Source: an uncultured Bacteroidales bacterium | GTDB taxonomy: Bacteria > Bacteroidota > Bacteroidia > Bacteroidales > DTU049 | Assembly (NCBI GenBank): GCA_964526285.1 | Contig: CAZGIW010000007.1 | Location: 3,828 to 67,827, forward strand | Length of the DNA stretch: 64,000 nt | Direction: 5' to 3' | Shown here: piece by piece, positions 63,340 to 64,000 of the stretch | Layout: each line of letters starts with the position of its first letter | Numbering within the stretch: position 1 is the first letter of the stretch | Made by a program: the position numbers and the translations under genes | The notes under the pieces: model-generated | Seen by the model: the letters and a program-made list of their open reading frames with translations, nothing else | Told to the model about the DNA's origin: nothing | The model's database searches: none

Positions 63340-64000
63340 GCTTTGTGATTTCTTTGTGCCCTTATGTCATAGTGGCGATAAAATCAACAAGTTTAGCCAC
63401 AGAACCACAGAAACTCCAAAATCCACAGAAGTGACCTTTGGTGAAATTCTGTGCTTCTCCCAAAGGGATCACGATGTGAAGTGTTTTGGTGGCAGAAAAG
63501 TCCGCAAGTCCAGCCACAGAAACACAAAAACTCCAAAATCCACAGAAATGTTCTTTAGTGTAATTCTGTGTTTCAGTGTTTTAGTGGCAGAAAAAAATCG
63601 TTTATTTTGCCACAAAGTCTCTAAGGCACTAAGTTTCATTTATCACGATGTGACTAAGGAATTTAATCGTGTTTTGTGTTTGCTTTGTGACTTTCCCATC
63701 GGGATCACTATGTGAGGTGTCTTAGTAGCAGAAAAATCTGAAAACTTAGCCACAGAACCACAGAAACTCCAAAATCCACAGAAGTGACCTTTGGTGAAAT
63801 TCTGTGCTTCTCCCAAAGGGATCACGATGTGAAGTGTTTTGGTGGCAGAAAAGTCCGCAAGTCCAGCCACAGAAACACAAAAACTCCAAAATCCACAGAA
63901 ATGTTCTTTAGTGTAATTCTGTGTTTCAGTGTTTTAGTGGCAGAAAAAAATCGTTTATTTTGCCACAAAGTCTCTAAGGCACTAAGTTTCATTTATCACG
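63340..64000. repeat. tandem array (period 353 bp, at least 1.7 copies, truncated by window end) built from modules of the intergenic repeat family
   Basis: 63394-63647 is identical to 63747-64000. Each unit has two CACAGAA...TTCTGTG...GGTGGCAGAAAA modules plus a third, degenerate one. The ORFs called here on both strands are artefacts. Confidence 0.9.

Noticed and set aside
63356-63870. 119-aa (+) and 75-aa (-) ORFs at the window end.
   Set aside because: They overlap each other on opposite strands within the 353-bp tandem repeat. Their translations are reiterations of repeat modules.
63340-64000. CRISPR array hypothesis for the repeated region (also considered for 43330-43720).
   Set aside because: There are no short (24-48 nt) uniform direct repeats separated by unique spacers of constant length. 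The repeated units are 70-350 bp and include their 'spacers'. No cas genes are in the window.
1-64000. Search for mobile genetic elements, prophage or defence islands (integrase, transposase, restriction-modification, toxin-antitoxin, Cas, Abi-type genes).
   Set aside because: None of the ORFs of 60 aa or more shows motifs I recognise for these functions. The duplications present are local tandem events without terminal inverted repeats or recombinase genes.

Overview
This is an AT-rich chromosomal segment that looks like Bacteroidota. Three things support that: T9SS C-terminal sorting domains of both type A and type B, DUF4199 and FISUMP proteins, and TAnnTTTG -7 promoter boxes 15-50 nt upstream of many start codons. 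I support about 50 protein genes.

Gene content, in order:
- Surface-glycan cluster: DUF4199, GT2, two GT-B glycosyltransferases, an SDR epimerase and GmhA.
- Housekeeping genes: Blc lipocalin, YebC, GDPD, CDGSH protein, PrmC, AAG-type 3-methyladenine glycosylase, RlmI-like methyltransferase, ferredoxin plus KorAB, YqgE/AlgH, APC permease.
- Many secreted or surface proteins: a CotH-LTD protein with a type A CTD, and four cargo proteins with 'gliding motility' type B CTDs, one of about 1360 aa.
- A collagen-like (G-X-Y, about 52 triplets) protein operon.
- A tight four-gene PrkA / DUF444 / SpoVR / second PrkA-like operon.
- A stand-alone MurD-family ligase overlapping a PP-loop-like protein (candidate MurD2/MurL pair).
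- Three cobalamin-type radical SAM genes around a TonB-dependent-receptor-like barrel.

The only RNA gene I can support is an SRP (4.5S-type) RNA on the minus strand at about 572-671. I saw no tRNA, rRNA, CRISPR array, cas gene, transposase, integrase or recognisable defence or toxin genes.

Structure the ORF track does not explain:
- A 2.48-kb tandem duplication of a two-gene module. Its last 1107 bp are identical between copies while the 5' parts have diverged.
- Near-perfect 435-bp tandem repeats inside the giant adhesin gene.
- A modular, hairpin-rich intergenic repeat family at four or more loci, including a 353-bp tandem array that runs off the window end.
- A relatively GC-rich, roughly 400-bp repeated element duplicated together with a small outer-membrane protein gene.

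All functional calls come from motif and architecture recognition by eye. No database search was run.
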